From: Octopus bimaculoides
Lineage: Eukaryota
NCBI RefSeq assembly: GCF_001194135.2
Contig: NC_068997.1
Coordinates: 55,520,530 to 55,584,529, forward strand
Direction of reading: 5' to 3'
Length of the DNA: 64,000 nt
This document shows, piece after piece, positions 1 through 11,894 of this stretch. The notes below the pieces were generated by a model. It was not told the origin of the DNA. It worked only from the letters and a program-made list of their open reading frames with translations, and searched no databases. The stretch's first letter is position 1, and every line of letters begins with the position of its first letter. The position numbers were made by a program, and so were the translations under genes.

Positions 1-531
1 TATAGGAATCAAAACAAAATAGTACTACTAATCCTATCAAAAATAAAAGATTATTATTAATCCAAAGAATGTTAAACTATATTTATCACTATGTTCTGTC
101 GACTGACATATTTATTGCTACAGAAAAATGTTTCCTTATCTGCTACTTGTTTGAAAAGAATTATGCAACATAAATACACTTTGTTTTAAAACTTCAAATG
201 TTCCTTTTGCTTTGAATTCTATTTCAATTCCTGTTTACTTATGTTTATCTTTCTCTTTAGTTTAAAAAGCAAAAAAAAAAACAATGGAAATTACACTTAG
301 ATCAAACATTTTATTTCTAAGATTTTAAATGTTTCTCACTGGGAAACTTCATTGGAACTGGGGAAGTGGGGGGGGTGGGAATACAAACATCTGTTGTTGC
401 AGCAGAATCATTCTACCATGCAGATGGGTAAAAAAACATTTAACTCTTGCTAAACACATCCAGCTTGGGAGACATTATTATCATTGATTACACTTATATT
501 TCATTTTGTTTCCCTATAAAACTGTTTTATA

Positions 532-575
532 CATCATCATTTGACGTCTGCTTTCCATGCTGGCATGGGTTGGAC
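532..575 (-). mobile_element. Short 3'-terminal fragment of RTE-LINE (family C tail)
   Basis: CATCATCAT-TTGACGTCTGCTTTCCATGCTGGCATGGGTTGGAC is the reverse complement of the tail at 25900-25940 and 42355-42405. Confidence 0.75.
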
Positions 576-847
576 CAGAAAATCTAAACTTTGATTTAAT
601 TCCATCTTTCACAATATCCTGTCTTAAACATAATTCCACCACCTTCAACAAACATTTAATGGGTTTTTTTTTTCTTTTCTTTTGAAAGAAGATTATATTT
701 GACTAATCACTCATTTTGGTAGAGTCAGTGCTCAAGGCTCAAAACCAATTCTGTTCCAAATTCACCAACCTAAATCCTATAGGAACTGTTTACTTTTAGT
801 TGTTGTTGTTGTTATAATTCTTCTTCTTCTTATTATTATTATTATTG

Positions 848-1055
848 AGTTGGCAAGCTGGCAGAATCGGTAGCACAAAATGCTTAGCAACATTTCATCC
901 ATCTTTATGTTCTTAGTTCAAATTCCACCATAGTTGACTTTGCCTTTCATCCTTTTGGGGTTAATGAAATAAGTACCAGTTATACACTGGGGCTGATATA
1001 ATCGATAGCTCCTTCCCCAAAATTCCAGGCTTTGTGCCCATAGTAGATAGGATTA
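848..1055 (+). mobile_element. SINE family B copy (tRNA-like head, MetaSINE-like central domain)
   Basis: GCAAGCTGGCAGAATCGGTAGCAC...TTAGTTCAAATTCC...GACTTTGCCTTTCATCCTTTTGGGGTTAATGAAATAAGTACCAG followed by an (ATT)n tail; homologous copies occur elsewhere in the window. Confidence 0.8.
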
Positions 1056-1085
1056 TCATTATTATTATTATTATTAATATTATTG

Positions 1086-1297
1086 TAAGGTGGTGAGCAG
1101 GCAGAATTGTTAGTAGATAGGACGAAATGCTCAGAGGCATTTTGTCTGTATTTACATTCTGAGTTCAAAGGTTGATTTTTGCCTTTCATCATTTTGGGGT
1201 TAATAATACAAATACCAGTTGAACACAGGGATGGATAACTCGACTTACCTATTCCCACCAAATTACTGACCTTGTCCCAAAATATGAAACCATTATC
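1086..1297 (+). mobile_element. SINE family B copy, head-to-tail behind the first
   Basis: GGTGAGCAGGCAGAATTGTTAG...TCTGAGTTCAAA...GCCTTTCATCATTTTGGGGTTAATAATACAAATACCAG; same layout as 848-1055. Confidence 0.8.
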
Positions 1298-1669
1298 TTT
1301 AATTATTCTGATGAAATTAAAAACATCAGGCTATAGGTTGACAACAAAAACAGCAATATTTTGAACTTTCCATTCAACACTAGATAATTACTTTTACTGC
1401 CAAACAAGGGGAAAACTACAGGAAATCCTAACAGTAAACCAGTGCCATTTGAATGATAAATAATATGCTTCTAAGTTTTTGTTTTTGCCCAGCATATGTT
1501 GTTTTTCCATAAGTTCCATAAGACTGTATGATTTTAATTTTAAAGAGAAAATTGAAATAATTATTAATTACTCAAAACCTAATTCCAAAATTTCTAAATG
1601 TGAAATGCAACAAAAGCAAAGAAACTTTACATTAAGAAGTGAAATGTACAATTCCCTGTAAGTCAGACT

Positions 1670-1905
1670 GTCTCATGGTCCCAGCAGACAAAATTGAAAA
1701 GGCATTGCCCATGATGATGGTGAGGAAGATGCACTGAAACAACCACTCTGCCTCACATGGCTTGCACTTACAGACACCTATCTCCACCCCATAGTAGTGA
1801 TCAGGGTTAGGGTGTGGGAGCCAAGAACACTGGAGTTCTCCACTGCCACTGGCTCAACCACAAACCTGTTGGAGAGCAACTGATGCCTTGTCAGTTTGCT
1901 TTTCT
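1670..1905 (-). mobile_element. Decayed C-terminus of a CRE-type non-LTR retrotransposon (restriction-like endonuclease region)
   Basis: Minus strand reads KSKLTRHQLLSNRFVVEPVAVENSSVLGSHTLTLITTMGWR*, then after a frameshift EAEWLFQCIFLTIIMGNAFSILSAG. This matches the recalled pattern K..KY..L...F.FEPVAVETxGVxG...GRR...E..WLFQRxSxAxxRGNAxSIL. Confidence 0.7.
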
Positions 1906-2689
1906 AGTCAAACAATTAAGAAATGTTATATAATTGTTATTTGTGAGATTTTGCTGTCATCTCTAGCATTTTCTGCTAACAGTGCAGGCTCTGAATTCTA
2001 GACAGAATCTGTAGTGATAAACTTAAAAATGGGAACATTGCACTGCTTATACAAATGTAAGGCTCACTACTGACTTGTAAGCCTTTAATACACTTGATAG
2101 CATATTGTGGTTGCAAAATGAAATACAGTGTCCTTGCTAGCAATTAATATGTAAATTAAGACTATTCGCTAATAAGAAGTGAAATGATCAAGAAATTGGA
2201 TCACAAAGTGGCTGTCACTTTGCAATGAACCTCATCTCTGATAAGATCAACAGACATTAATTAAGAGTCAAATAGAAGCAATTTCACTGGTAAACAAGGC
2301 TGGACATGGTCATACAAACTAAAAGGGATGATATTGGAAGCAGAATGTAGGATCTAATAAGTATTTATGAATCATGATTCCTGGACAGCAACTAATGGAA
2401 TAAGAATAGACAGATGCATAAACTCTGAGAGGTTCAGTCTAATTGCCAGAATTGACAAAGTGCTGGTTCCAATTCTCTTTGCAGTGTGATTTTCATTGTT
2501 CTGTCAATTCAATATTGACCAAGATTTGAGTCAAGTTAAATATTCAATATTAAATTTAATGATAACATTACATTCTTCACATGAGATTATTTTAGTTAGT
2601 GGTTGAGATTCTCTGTGGAGGAGAAGCACACTAAAATATAATTGATGGAAATTTCTTCAGGGATTTGAAAAATTCGTTTAGGTGAAGTA

Positions 2690-3025
2690 AGGCTTTGTGA
2701 TTAAGAAGCTTGCTTCCCAATCATGTGATTTTGGGTTCAGTCCCATTGCACAGCACCTTGAACCAAGGTGATAGATAGATATATACATACATACATGAAT
2801 GCAAGTGTGTGTGTGTTTCCTTGTCTTGATATCATGTGATAGTTTAAAATCAGTGTCATCCATTTCTAATCTTCAATGGAAGCATGGCAATTTATGGTAG
2901 AATAATACTTTGCTTTGAAACAAATGAGGGTTAGTGACAGAAAGAGCATCCAGCCATAGCAAATCTACTACAAAGAATTCTGTCTGACACATGCAAAGAT
3001 GAGGATGTCAGTGATAATAACATAA
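2690..3025 (+). mobile_element. SINE family A head joined to a family-G (RTE-type) tail
   Basis: GGCTTTGTGATTAAGAAGCTTGCTTCCCAA...GGGTTCAGTCCCATTGCACAGCACCTTG, then (CATA)n/(GT)n, then GAGGGTTAGTGACAGAAAGAGCATCCAGCCATAGCAAATCT. Confidence 0.7.
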
Positions 3026-3539
3026 TATCCCAAGAAGTACAGCTTAAGTAAACCACACAAAAGTAGATGTCTGTTATTGCTGCTATAGTTGTTGTTGTTT
3101 GCCCCAGATGGCAAATCACAAGAAGTTTCCTTCTTATTTTAAGTCAAGCAAGGTATCTAGTTGCTATTTCTAGTAGGCAGAGGAACTGCACAGAAGTTCT
3201 TTCATTGATTCGTGTCACTATAACAGAGTGAGGAATTGTTTTGGGATTTACTGTTTTGAGCCCAAAAGTTGCCAAATATGACTTTGCCATTTTATCTCTG
3301 CAGATAACAGAATCAACTTCAATCAATATCAAACATATTGACTTTACGTATCCTCTCCAACCAATTAACTCTCTATTAGTATGGAGTACATATTAATTCA
3401 ATCCTGATTTGATAATTACTTGTTAGACATAATCACCAATTAACAACAACTTCTAATTACATCACAAACATGCTATAATGAATGAACCACATATCCTGTT
3501 CTGTTCTAGTAGGTGGCACCATGGTACACCTTTAGGGCC

Positions 3540-4134
3540 TTAATCCTCTCAGACCTGGGTCCCCGTGTCTAACTTTACCTTCCACTTGTGACCCTCAACA
3601 AGAAAATAAAGAATTGTTAGAGTAACACTTGCAGGTAAACTAACAGATGAAATCACAAAAAAAGAGATAACAATAATAGGCCTTTCCCTCAACCACCATA
3701 TTTGCTTACTTGACTCACTACTTTCCTCATCATTCCCCCCCCGCCCCCGTTTGATTGTCCAAATCACTCATATTGTCAGTGTAAGGATAACCTCATCATC
3801 TGAAGAATAAATATCATCAATAATTTCCTCAACTATAAAGGGTCTAAGCTTTGCTCTTTTACCAGATGTTCATCACGCACTCATTTTATCACAAAAAAAA
3901 ATCCATTTCCTTTTCTGATTGGAAACAAAAAGTAAACAACAGCTATGAGGGACACCATTGACAATGACTCAGAAACACACATGACTCCAAAGCTGCAACA
4001 TGGTTGGTTGTCTATTTTTAGTATTTCATCTTCCCCTTTTTTATATGTTGTTCATTATTATTTTAATGGGAATGCAGTAGAGATTTTGTTTTAGCTATTC
4101 CTGGTATATAGGGAACACATTGTGATAGGCTTAA
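3540..4134 (-). mobile_element. piggyBac-like internally deleted element retaining the acidic transposase N-terminus
   Basis: TTAA at 3540-3543 and 4131-4134, with degenerate inverted ends (TTAATCCTCTCAGA vs TGTGATAGGCTTAA, 11/14 match). The minus frame from ATG at 3884 reads MSA**TSGKRAKLRPFIVEEIIDDIYSSDDEV. Confidence 0.5.
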
Positions 4135-4379
4135 CCATGCTTTTAGAAAGACTTATAGGGGTCATTTCTCACATGATGGTTTTCTGATGAGCATCTCTGA
4201 GTAAAAACTTTCAGATACAGAATTATACCAAGTTTCAATGTTTCACAAATATTTTTATACAGACAGAAAAAAACCGTGACTGAAAACAAAAAAGGTGTTG
4301 ATCTCAAGAAAGGGTTTCTACATATCATGTCAGCAACAGATGGACCATAGTTGATCCCGACTTTGGGAAATTTCAAGTT

Positions 4380-4595
4380 ATTGTTGTTGCTGTCGTTTAG
4401 CCCTTGGTAAGTTTTGATTAAGCAGAGCTTTGTCAAAGCTGCTCAAACTGTGACAACCTTCTTTCTTCCCCTACGTATAGGATAATGCATTCAAGACAAT
4501 ATCATCCAATATGTTACTATTTTAAGATGTAGCATTTTTTAGATTAACTTATCTGCTATTTCTAGCAAGTCAAACGACCCTATAAGAAATACTTC
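4380..4595 (+). mobile_element. Dispersed repeat family E copy (orientation arbitrary)
   Basis: TTGTTG...TTTAGCCCTTGGTAAG...AAGCAGAGC...TTTTAAGATG...CTGCTATTTCTAGCAAGTCAAACGACC is shared with 9780, 15915, 21160, 35965 and 56600. Confidence 0.6.
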
Positions 4596-5009
4596 TTAAT
4601 TAAAACGTTTTTTTCATTTTTTTTCTTTTCACTCATTAACCGGGATGGTGTATCTTCATAATATTCTCCCTCTTAAATGCATGACACCAAACTCAGACAG
4701 ATGATGATTTTAAAGTTATCATCACTATAAACCCATTAGTTTAGTGAATGAGACATGAAAGCCTTGTGGCATAAAAGCAGCAGGTGCCATTTTTCACAGA
4801 CAATACAAAACATGTAAGAGGGTGATATATAAAACAACTAAAATAAACTCTCAAGTTGATAAAAGTTTGGGTGTACCCACTGAGGAAGGATTGAACTTGA
4901 AGACCACGATTACTAGGAATCAACTGATAGACAAAGATTTGGTTGTTAAGACAAAGAAAAGTTTGTTTAATGGTAATAAGGTATCATTTTTGGTATTTTT
5001 TTTTCAAAG

Positions 5010-5069
5010 CAAGATATTTCCACATTTGATTCAGAAAACTGGAGTTCTTTTAAAGATTGGTCAATTCCT
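5010..5069 (+). other. Candidate 60-nt exon (QDISTFDSENWSSFKDWSIP or KIFPHLIQKTGVLLKIGQF), unassigned
   Basis: T-rich tract + AAG before 5010 and CCT|GTGAGT donor at 5070; two frames open; no homologue recognised. Confidence 0.2.
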
Positions 5070-6431
5070 GTGAGTAATATTTGCCAAAATATTCTTAAAT
5101 GAATAAACCATATGCAAATTGGCACCAGCAAAACTATAGAATTTGACTACACAAATGCAAAAATGCTTTTGCTAAGAATAATTTAAACAGTGTTATTGCT
5201 AAGAACTCATTAATATAGTTAATGCCAAAAGAGATATCTCATGGACAACCAATGCTTCGGAGCCATCTATATCAGAATTATTTTTAAAGAACAAACACTC
5301 AAGTCCATTTTTATCAAGAAGGATACCAACTGCTGAATCCAATTCAGATATTGAAAGAATAACTGCAGCAATTGTATGGACCACATAGTTTGCTGCTTCA
5401 ATTCAATCATAAACCTCATAAATTCATTTCTAATCCACACAAAGAACGTCCATAGGTTAAGTTTTTGAGAATATTGAGGTGTGCAACACAGCTGACAGCA
5501 TCTGATTTTGTAATTACATATGTCAAATAGAACTTCTCTCAGATATACTTTAGACTGCAACAGCAGAATTTAAGTTAAGGTAATGTTGATAATAACTTCA
5601 TACATTGGATAGGAATGATGTGTTATGGCTTGATAGATTGGCTTTAAGAAGCACTCTGTGATCCAATATTATACAAAGGCTTTTCCTGAATGCTAAATAA
5701 TGCCTGCAGTACTTTAATGCTGAAAGACCTTGTAAGCAGATCATAGAAAACAGTATTCAAAGCAATTGTAATCTGTTATGGTTAAAGGCTACAAACTCAT
5801 TCGGCATTCATGAGGCAAGAGATCGTGCAGCCATGTTCTATTCCAAAGATGAGAAGACATAGTAAAAAACAAATTGTTCCATCTGCAGTATCCAGAAGGT
5901 AAATCCTTAAAAGTGTTGATGCCAATGTTTGTTGTGGCATTACTGAGCTGCACAGTTACATAAAACATGAAGCATAGTAAGTTGCCTATTCACACAGAAT
6001 GTCAACAACGACATACATAAATGCCTCAAATCTAATACAAAAACTTTTCTAAAGAACACGCTTCATTCATTGACATGAATATGATCCATGTCGACATGAA
6101 TAATACCAATGTTAATGGTATTGGATAGTTGCCTATCATACTGGAGTGCTTTGTGATCTGGTCAGAAACTGTTATTATGAACAAACTTTTCTTCATACTT
6201 CAGTCTCCATCTCTCTCTTTCTCTCTCTTTCTTGTATATATATTTATAAAGCAAGATCTTGTTTTATAAATGTTTATATAAATTCTGCATACACTAACAG
6301 CATTCCACATATATATCCAATAAAAGGAATAATCCTGCTGTATGATGGCATATGGTAGCTGATAACTGTATAAGTGCTTTAAAATGCACATTATGAGGTT
6401 ACTACCAAGATAATATCAAACACACACACAG

Positions 6432-6433
<2 letters not shown>

Positions 6434-6478
<45 letters not shown>

Positions 6479-6520
6479 AACACAGACACACAAGCATACA
6501 CACACACACATATATATATG
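6434..6520. repeat. (TA)n/(CA)n microsatellite
   Basis: Directly visible dinucleotide runs. Confidence 0.95.
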
Positions 6521-6672
6521 ATGGGCTTCTTTCAGTTTCCGTCTACCAAATCCACTCACAAGGCTTTGGTCAGCCCGAGGTATAGTAGAAGACACTTGCC
6601 CAAGGTGTCGCACAGCAGGACTGAGCCTGGAACCATGTGACTGGGAAGCAAGCTTCTTACCACACTGCCATA
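6515..6672 (-). mobile_element. SINE family A 5' half, well preserved (tRNA-derived, CORE-like CCTTGGGCAAGTG box)
   Basis: Reverse complement reads GGCAGTGTGGTAAGAAGCTTGCTTCCCAGTCACATGGTTCCAGGCTCAGTCC...CACCTTGGGCAAGTGTCTTCTACTATACCTCGGGCTGACCAAAGCCTTGTGAGTGGATTTGGTAGACGGAAACTGAAAGAAGCCC. Confidence 0.85.
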
Positions 6673-8379
6673 TAGAAGTGACAATAGAATGTATTGTGTT
6701 TATAAGATCTTAAATGAGAGTAAATGAGACATAGCATCTATAAGCAGCTGAATGTATTAGAGATTCAAATAATTCATAAATGAAATGCATAAATGAATTA
6801 GGAAAGAAAAGAAACCCATCTAAAGTGATGTATATTGTTGTGCCATGAGATGAAGTAATTACGATTATTGCATGCTTCTTGCAAACTCAGACCATTATTA
6901 GCCGACCAATTTTGGTGACTATCCTTATTTAATATAAAGAAACTGATGTGAAAAAAAAAATATATAAAACTTCTTGAAATATTCAGCCTCATTGAATAAG
7001 TGCATTTGCACATAAATCAACTAAAAATATAAATAAAAATTAATAAAATTAATATAAGAGACAACTGCATTAAAGTAATTGACCATATTATATTAAATAT
7101 ATCTTTTCAACTTTATTTTATTGCTACAATTATTTTGTCTGCTGCAATAATATAATTACTGATAATGTTGTTGTTTTTTGAATTTATACCTTTTAATTTA
7201 GTAATATTGAAAAAGAAAAATTTCCATATAATTACCATGTTCTATACTAATTTTCATTACATTCACTAAAATTGAAATATTTGTTATTTCATAACAGAAA
7301 TTCCATCTTTATTATGGTAGCATGGGTTGTATAGGTCCATAAATTCACATGTTCAAATTCATTAATTTGAGTCTCTAAAAGCAAGTATTAGGTAGGAGTA
7401 TTTCATGGCCCTAACAGCAACAATGACAACAATAACAAAACTGACATAAAAAAAAAAGACTTAGAACCAATTAGGAACCAAATGCAAAGAATATAATTAT
7501 TGCAATGCGATATATTTCATGTGTTTCAAAGAAGGTAATAAAGGAATAAATATGATGTTGATATCATTTGTTTGCATAGAATTATAGTGGTGCCCTTGCA
7601 TAGCCACAGCCCATTGGCCAGAACTAGTAAAAGGGTTTAAAGTGAAAATATCTGTTCTGTTGCTATTACTGTATTTCAAGTTATTCATATTTGTTCTATT
7701 AAATATTTGGTTTGTCAAACATTTGTAAATGTATTGAAATTAAGCTGGCTTCAGTTTTATAATGTATTTTATGATATGAACTGATACAGAGGTTCTGTGG
7801 AAGTCTTCTGACAGTTATAGTCTCATTATTTCAACGTAACATATCAGATGAATTAAATAACACGGCAATAATGCAAGTGTGTGAATAAGTTGTTAGAGCG
7901 CCGGTTTCGAGTTACACACATTATGGACTCATTTTAAACATTATCTAATGTTTTAAAGTATCCTAAGCCATGATCTTTATTTGATTTTTGTCAATGGAAA
8001 GTAGGTATCAATCCTCTTTCTCTATGATGACATTGACATCAAAGGATTACTTGAACATAAAAATGAACATTGCTCAGTAAAAATATTCACTTGCCTATAA
8101 CCTGTTCTGCCTGAGTGAAAAAATAATGTAATCTTGTAAAGAACATAAATATGGAAGTATTAATGAAGAAAATCGTAATGATATCAATGGCAGCGCTGAT
8201 TCAACTGGGATATCTTTTACTGGTTCAAATCCATATCTAGTTGGCTTTGTTGTTGTATCAAATGATTAATCAGAAAATTCTAATGCACAGATGTCAACAT
8301 TTTCAAATGAGATAGCAATGCCAGTTGAACATGGAACAAAGTAAAACAAGATATTCTATCATGGTGATAATCTGGTGGC

Positions 8380-8570
8380 TAGAACATGTCGATACTAAAT
8401 ACACAGCGATTCTAAAAGATTGTTTCGAAAATGAGAAATACGAAATGTTATCTTGCACAGGAAACCAAGATGATATACAATAATCAATAGAATTAACAAC
8501 TTAGATAAGAAAATTTTTGTATGTCAGCTAAAAATGAATTGTTTGATATGTTTCATCGGTTTCATTAGAA
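8380..8570 (+). mobile_element. Decayed Ginger/KRBA2-like integrase N-terminal fragment
   Basis: Fragments EKYEMLSCTGN, RKFLYVS and (frameshift) KNELFDMFHRFH resemble the recalled KRYDVL...YYVxNEELFDILHxxH motif; several stops. Confidence 0.4.
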
Positions 8571-8802
8571 GATTTAGATTAAATGATTGCCGATTTAAAT
8601 ATCACACTAATAAAATTAGGACACTATTCAATTTGGAAACAAAAACACAATTTCATATCATTTATTTCAATTTGGTTTCTTTCTTTGATCTTGTTTGAAT
8701 GCAAGACTTAATATTTATCCACAGATGAAAATATATTCACAAACTAAGTTTGCAATCAATGAAATTTATTCATTATTTTTAATCCATATTATTATTATTA
8801 TT

Positions 8803-8885
8803 AAGGTGGCAAGTTGGTAGAGTCGTTAGTATGCTGGGTTAAATGCTTAGCAGCATTTAATCTGTTCTGAGTTCAAATTCTGTCA
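8803..8885 (+). mobile_element. SINE family B head (3'-truncated)
   Basis: AAGGTGGCAAGTTGGTAGAGTCGTTAG...AAATGCTTAGCAGCATTT...TTCTGAGTTCAAATTC after an (ATT)n run. Confidence 0.7.
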
Positions 8886-9200
8886 GAACTGCTACAATCT
8901 GAACAATTTCCATCTTACACTTCATTACGAGTACACTTTACAATCATCCTGGTTCCTTTTGGATAATTTCTTTCATTCTAGTTGAACCACTTCACTTCAG
9001 TGATCCTCCAGATATTTATTTGGTCGATTTGTACTCAGTTCTTTTAATGAGTGGCTGATTTCAATGTTAAGATTAGTTTATTTATTCAACCCACTCCTTT
9101 CAGAAATGGCTCTGCTGCATTTCTCAAGTCTACACTCCCTGCCGATGTCAACTATGAAGTTTTCCAGTCTGGAAAAGATAATCAAACTGTGACTCAAACT
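8885..9200 (-). mobile_element. Decayed RTE-LINE apurinic endonuclease N-terminal fragment
   Basis: Minus strand reads VQIDQINIWRITEVKWFN (cf. L..L.IDILGISEVRW) then ...IVQIVA (cf. IIQVYAPT); stops and frameshifts present. Confidence 0.45.
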
Positions 9201-9779
9201 TGGCATCTCAAAAAAGCAAGATGGTGATTATAATCTCTGTGATTATATTCTTCATTCAATTTAAAGCTGCACTTAAATGTTTATATTTTTACTTGACTTG
9301 TGTCAGGTTGTTGGAGACCAGATCTGTCACATTCGTTTTCCACTTTGAAATGATACTTTAAATTCTCACACTGTTGTCTTTAAAAAAAAAAGAGCGTATT
9401 GTGCACAATAAGCTGTAATATTTATGGCTTGAACATATTTGACCAACACTTACTAGGATCTAAATCACAACAAATACTCTATTGTCAGTTTTGGTTTAAT
9501 TTTATTGACTTAAACATGGTAAGAACACCTGCCAGCAGGCGACAATTTACCATCAAATCTAGAAGCCCACTTCATTATCTTCATTCCAATATATCTACAG
9601 CATTAGTTCATGGGAACAAAAATGAGAAAAGAGAAGAAAAAAAATGAGAGATAAGACCAAACTTTACCATTTGGCCACCTACAAGATAATGTGATAGAAG
9701 CACAGGATGTTGATTGCTCACTTTAATATTACTTCAAAATAAATCTGTTCCTGAAGAAGAGTCTTCTCTTACTCCATGG

Positions 9780-9875
9780 TTTGTTGTTGTTGTTGATTAG
9801 GCAAAGGTCAGCCCTGATTGAGTAAGACCTATGATCTAAGTCATTCCAGCTGTGGCCATCCTGTATTTTTCCTCA
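9780..9875 (+). mobile_element. Family E fragment
   Basis: TTGTTGTTGTTG...GGTCAGCCCTGATTGAGTAAGACCTATGATC...CATTCCAGCTGTGGCCATCCTG. Confidence 0.6.
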
Positions 9876-10569
9876 ACTACTGAAGAAGCAGTAGGTTTGT
9901 TTAATATAATGAAAATCAGAAATCAAAGCTCTCTTATTTAATGAACTCCATAATGGCTACTTTGTGGAAGCATAAACAGTTTCTTTTCTTCCATCCCATC
10001 TTTCTTTCCTATTTGCTTGACCATGTGAGATTAGCGTTGACCTTAATGTAATGGATTGACAGAAACTTGAGATTATAGCAGATAAATTCCATATCACTGA
10101 CCAAATAGCTGTTAGCAGAAAAGCTGTTTAAATGTTTCCATAGAAAATGAAATGAGATATACCAAGACAGTTTGTAATTATCACTTACAACAAAGCACTG
10201 TATGAGGCCAGAAATAAAGATTTTATCACCAATAATATTTTGGGAAAAGAGCATTCTGATAGCTACCATTACAAAAGATGATAAAAGGACAACACCAACC
10301 ACATACATATGGCTGTCAACATCAATAACGTGTGTCATCGCTTCTTTCTCATCAATACAGCTATATTTTTATAGGAAATCTTAGTCTTCTTCACTAATCT
10401 GATGGACTAATAAACCTGAATTATATGGAAGAATAATATTTTTATAGATAGAAAGATGCATACTAAAATATGCATCTTAGCCAATTGTCCTGCTATTTAC
10501 TCAAACTTTTGGCAATTACTAATATCCAAAGCCTTATCTTCATGATAATCCTCTTTCAATTCTACTCAC

Positions 10570-11110
10570 AAGGGTTTTGTTGGCCTGGGGTTATAGTTAA
10601 AGACTCTTGCCTAAGGTTCTACACAGTGAGATTAAATGCAAAACCACAGCATTGGCAAGTGAACTTCCTAACTACACAACCATGCCTGAACCTATGGAAT
10701 TGTAAATTTAGAAATGTCCTGTTGCAATTCAAAAAGCAATGACAACCTAACATTGGCATCAACAGTCAAAATATCAAACACTATTATGACAGGTAGTGTA
10801 TCTAAGGTCCACTCATTGTTTAAAATACATTTAACTTGACTCACAGATTGTCGTTAATAGTCAGAAATTATCATAGGCAAGGTTTCAAGTTCAGTCAGTC
10901 CCATCATGCAATATCCTGGGAAAGTGCTTGCTGTTAGATCCTCAGGCTGACCACTGCCATGTAAGTGAATAGAGAAACTGTATGGAAGTCCAGTATGAGT
11001 ATATATGAGTGATCCATCCACTGCATGACAACTTGTGTTGGCTTGCTTATGTTCCTATAACTTACTGGCTCAGCAAAACAGACTGATAGAATCAATGTTA
11101 GAAGTTAATA
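10570..11110. mobile_element. Two degenerate family A copies (10570-10690 minus; 10878-11110 plus)
   Basis: CTCACAAGGG...CTCTTGCCTAAGG...CTTCCTAACTACACAACCATGCC (reverse) and TTCAAGTTCAGTC...CCTGGGAAAGTG...CAGCAAAACAGACTGATAGAAT (forward). Confidence 0.55.
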
Positions 11111-11894
11111 TAAGAACTGGTGTTAGTTTGTTTGACTAAACCATTGAAGGCAATGCTGCTGCATGGCTGCAGTCCAATGATTGAAACAAGTAAAAGCTAA
11201 AATAATGATTGTTATTGCTTGCAACATCGAATCATTAAAGACCTCTAAAACTAACAAGAAGAAACCATTCAACAGCCTCTGGAAACTGTCAATTCTTTTC
11301 ATGATATTAAAGAATTTCAAATATTAAAGAAGTAGATCTGATTCTTTTGGCCAATATAATCCCAGAATTGTGCATGACACTGAAAGTCAGAAAATTCTGT
11401 TGCTATTTTTAGCCCATTTCTTAAACAGTAGTAAGAATAGTTACTGATTCTAAAGCAGTTAGAATCATAAATTTTGACATTCTTCCACAAACATACACAC
11501 TTGTATACGTTTTGAAGAAAGCCGTAATTTGTCATGATAAATGATAGCTGAAAAACTTCACCATTCTTTAGCATGTTGGGACTGCAACAGTAAGGCAGTA
11601 CCAATATTCAAAGAATTTCTTTAATTTATCATTTCTTCAAACCCCATAAAATATATATAACCAGAATACTCACATAAATACGAAATAGTAGATATGAAAA
11701 TAAGACATGATTTATCAATATAATAGTAAGATACATTTGAGATTCATAAAATGATTCTAAGTCATGGAAGTGAAGTCTTGAAGAAAACAGTTTTAATATT
11801 GAGAATCATGGTATATCACTGGTATATCACATGACCTCTGTAGTAAGATACAACATGCTACAAATGTGATTGTGAAAATCCCAAATCCGTATTA

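Noticed and set aside
360-379. G-quadruplex-capable G-run (also poly-G at 43114-43126 and 46168-46178)
   Set aside because: Isolated homopolymer-like G tracts with no promoter or conservation evidence.
9104-9225. Plus-strand exon candidate NGSAAFLKSTLPADVNYEVFQSGKDNQTVTQTWHLKKAR with a CCTTTCAG acceptor
   Set aside because: It overlaps the antisense of the decayed RTE fragment and has a weak donor, so it is more simply explained as LINE-derived.
10009-10338. 109-aa minus-strand ORF, among the longest not caused by repeats or gaps
   Set aside because: No recognisable motif or splice support; the hydrophobic composition is typical of antisense AT-rich ORFs.
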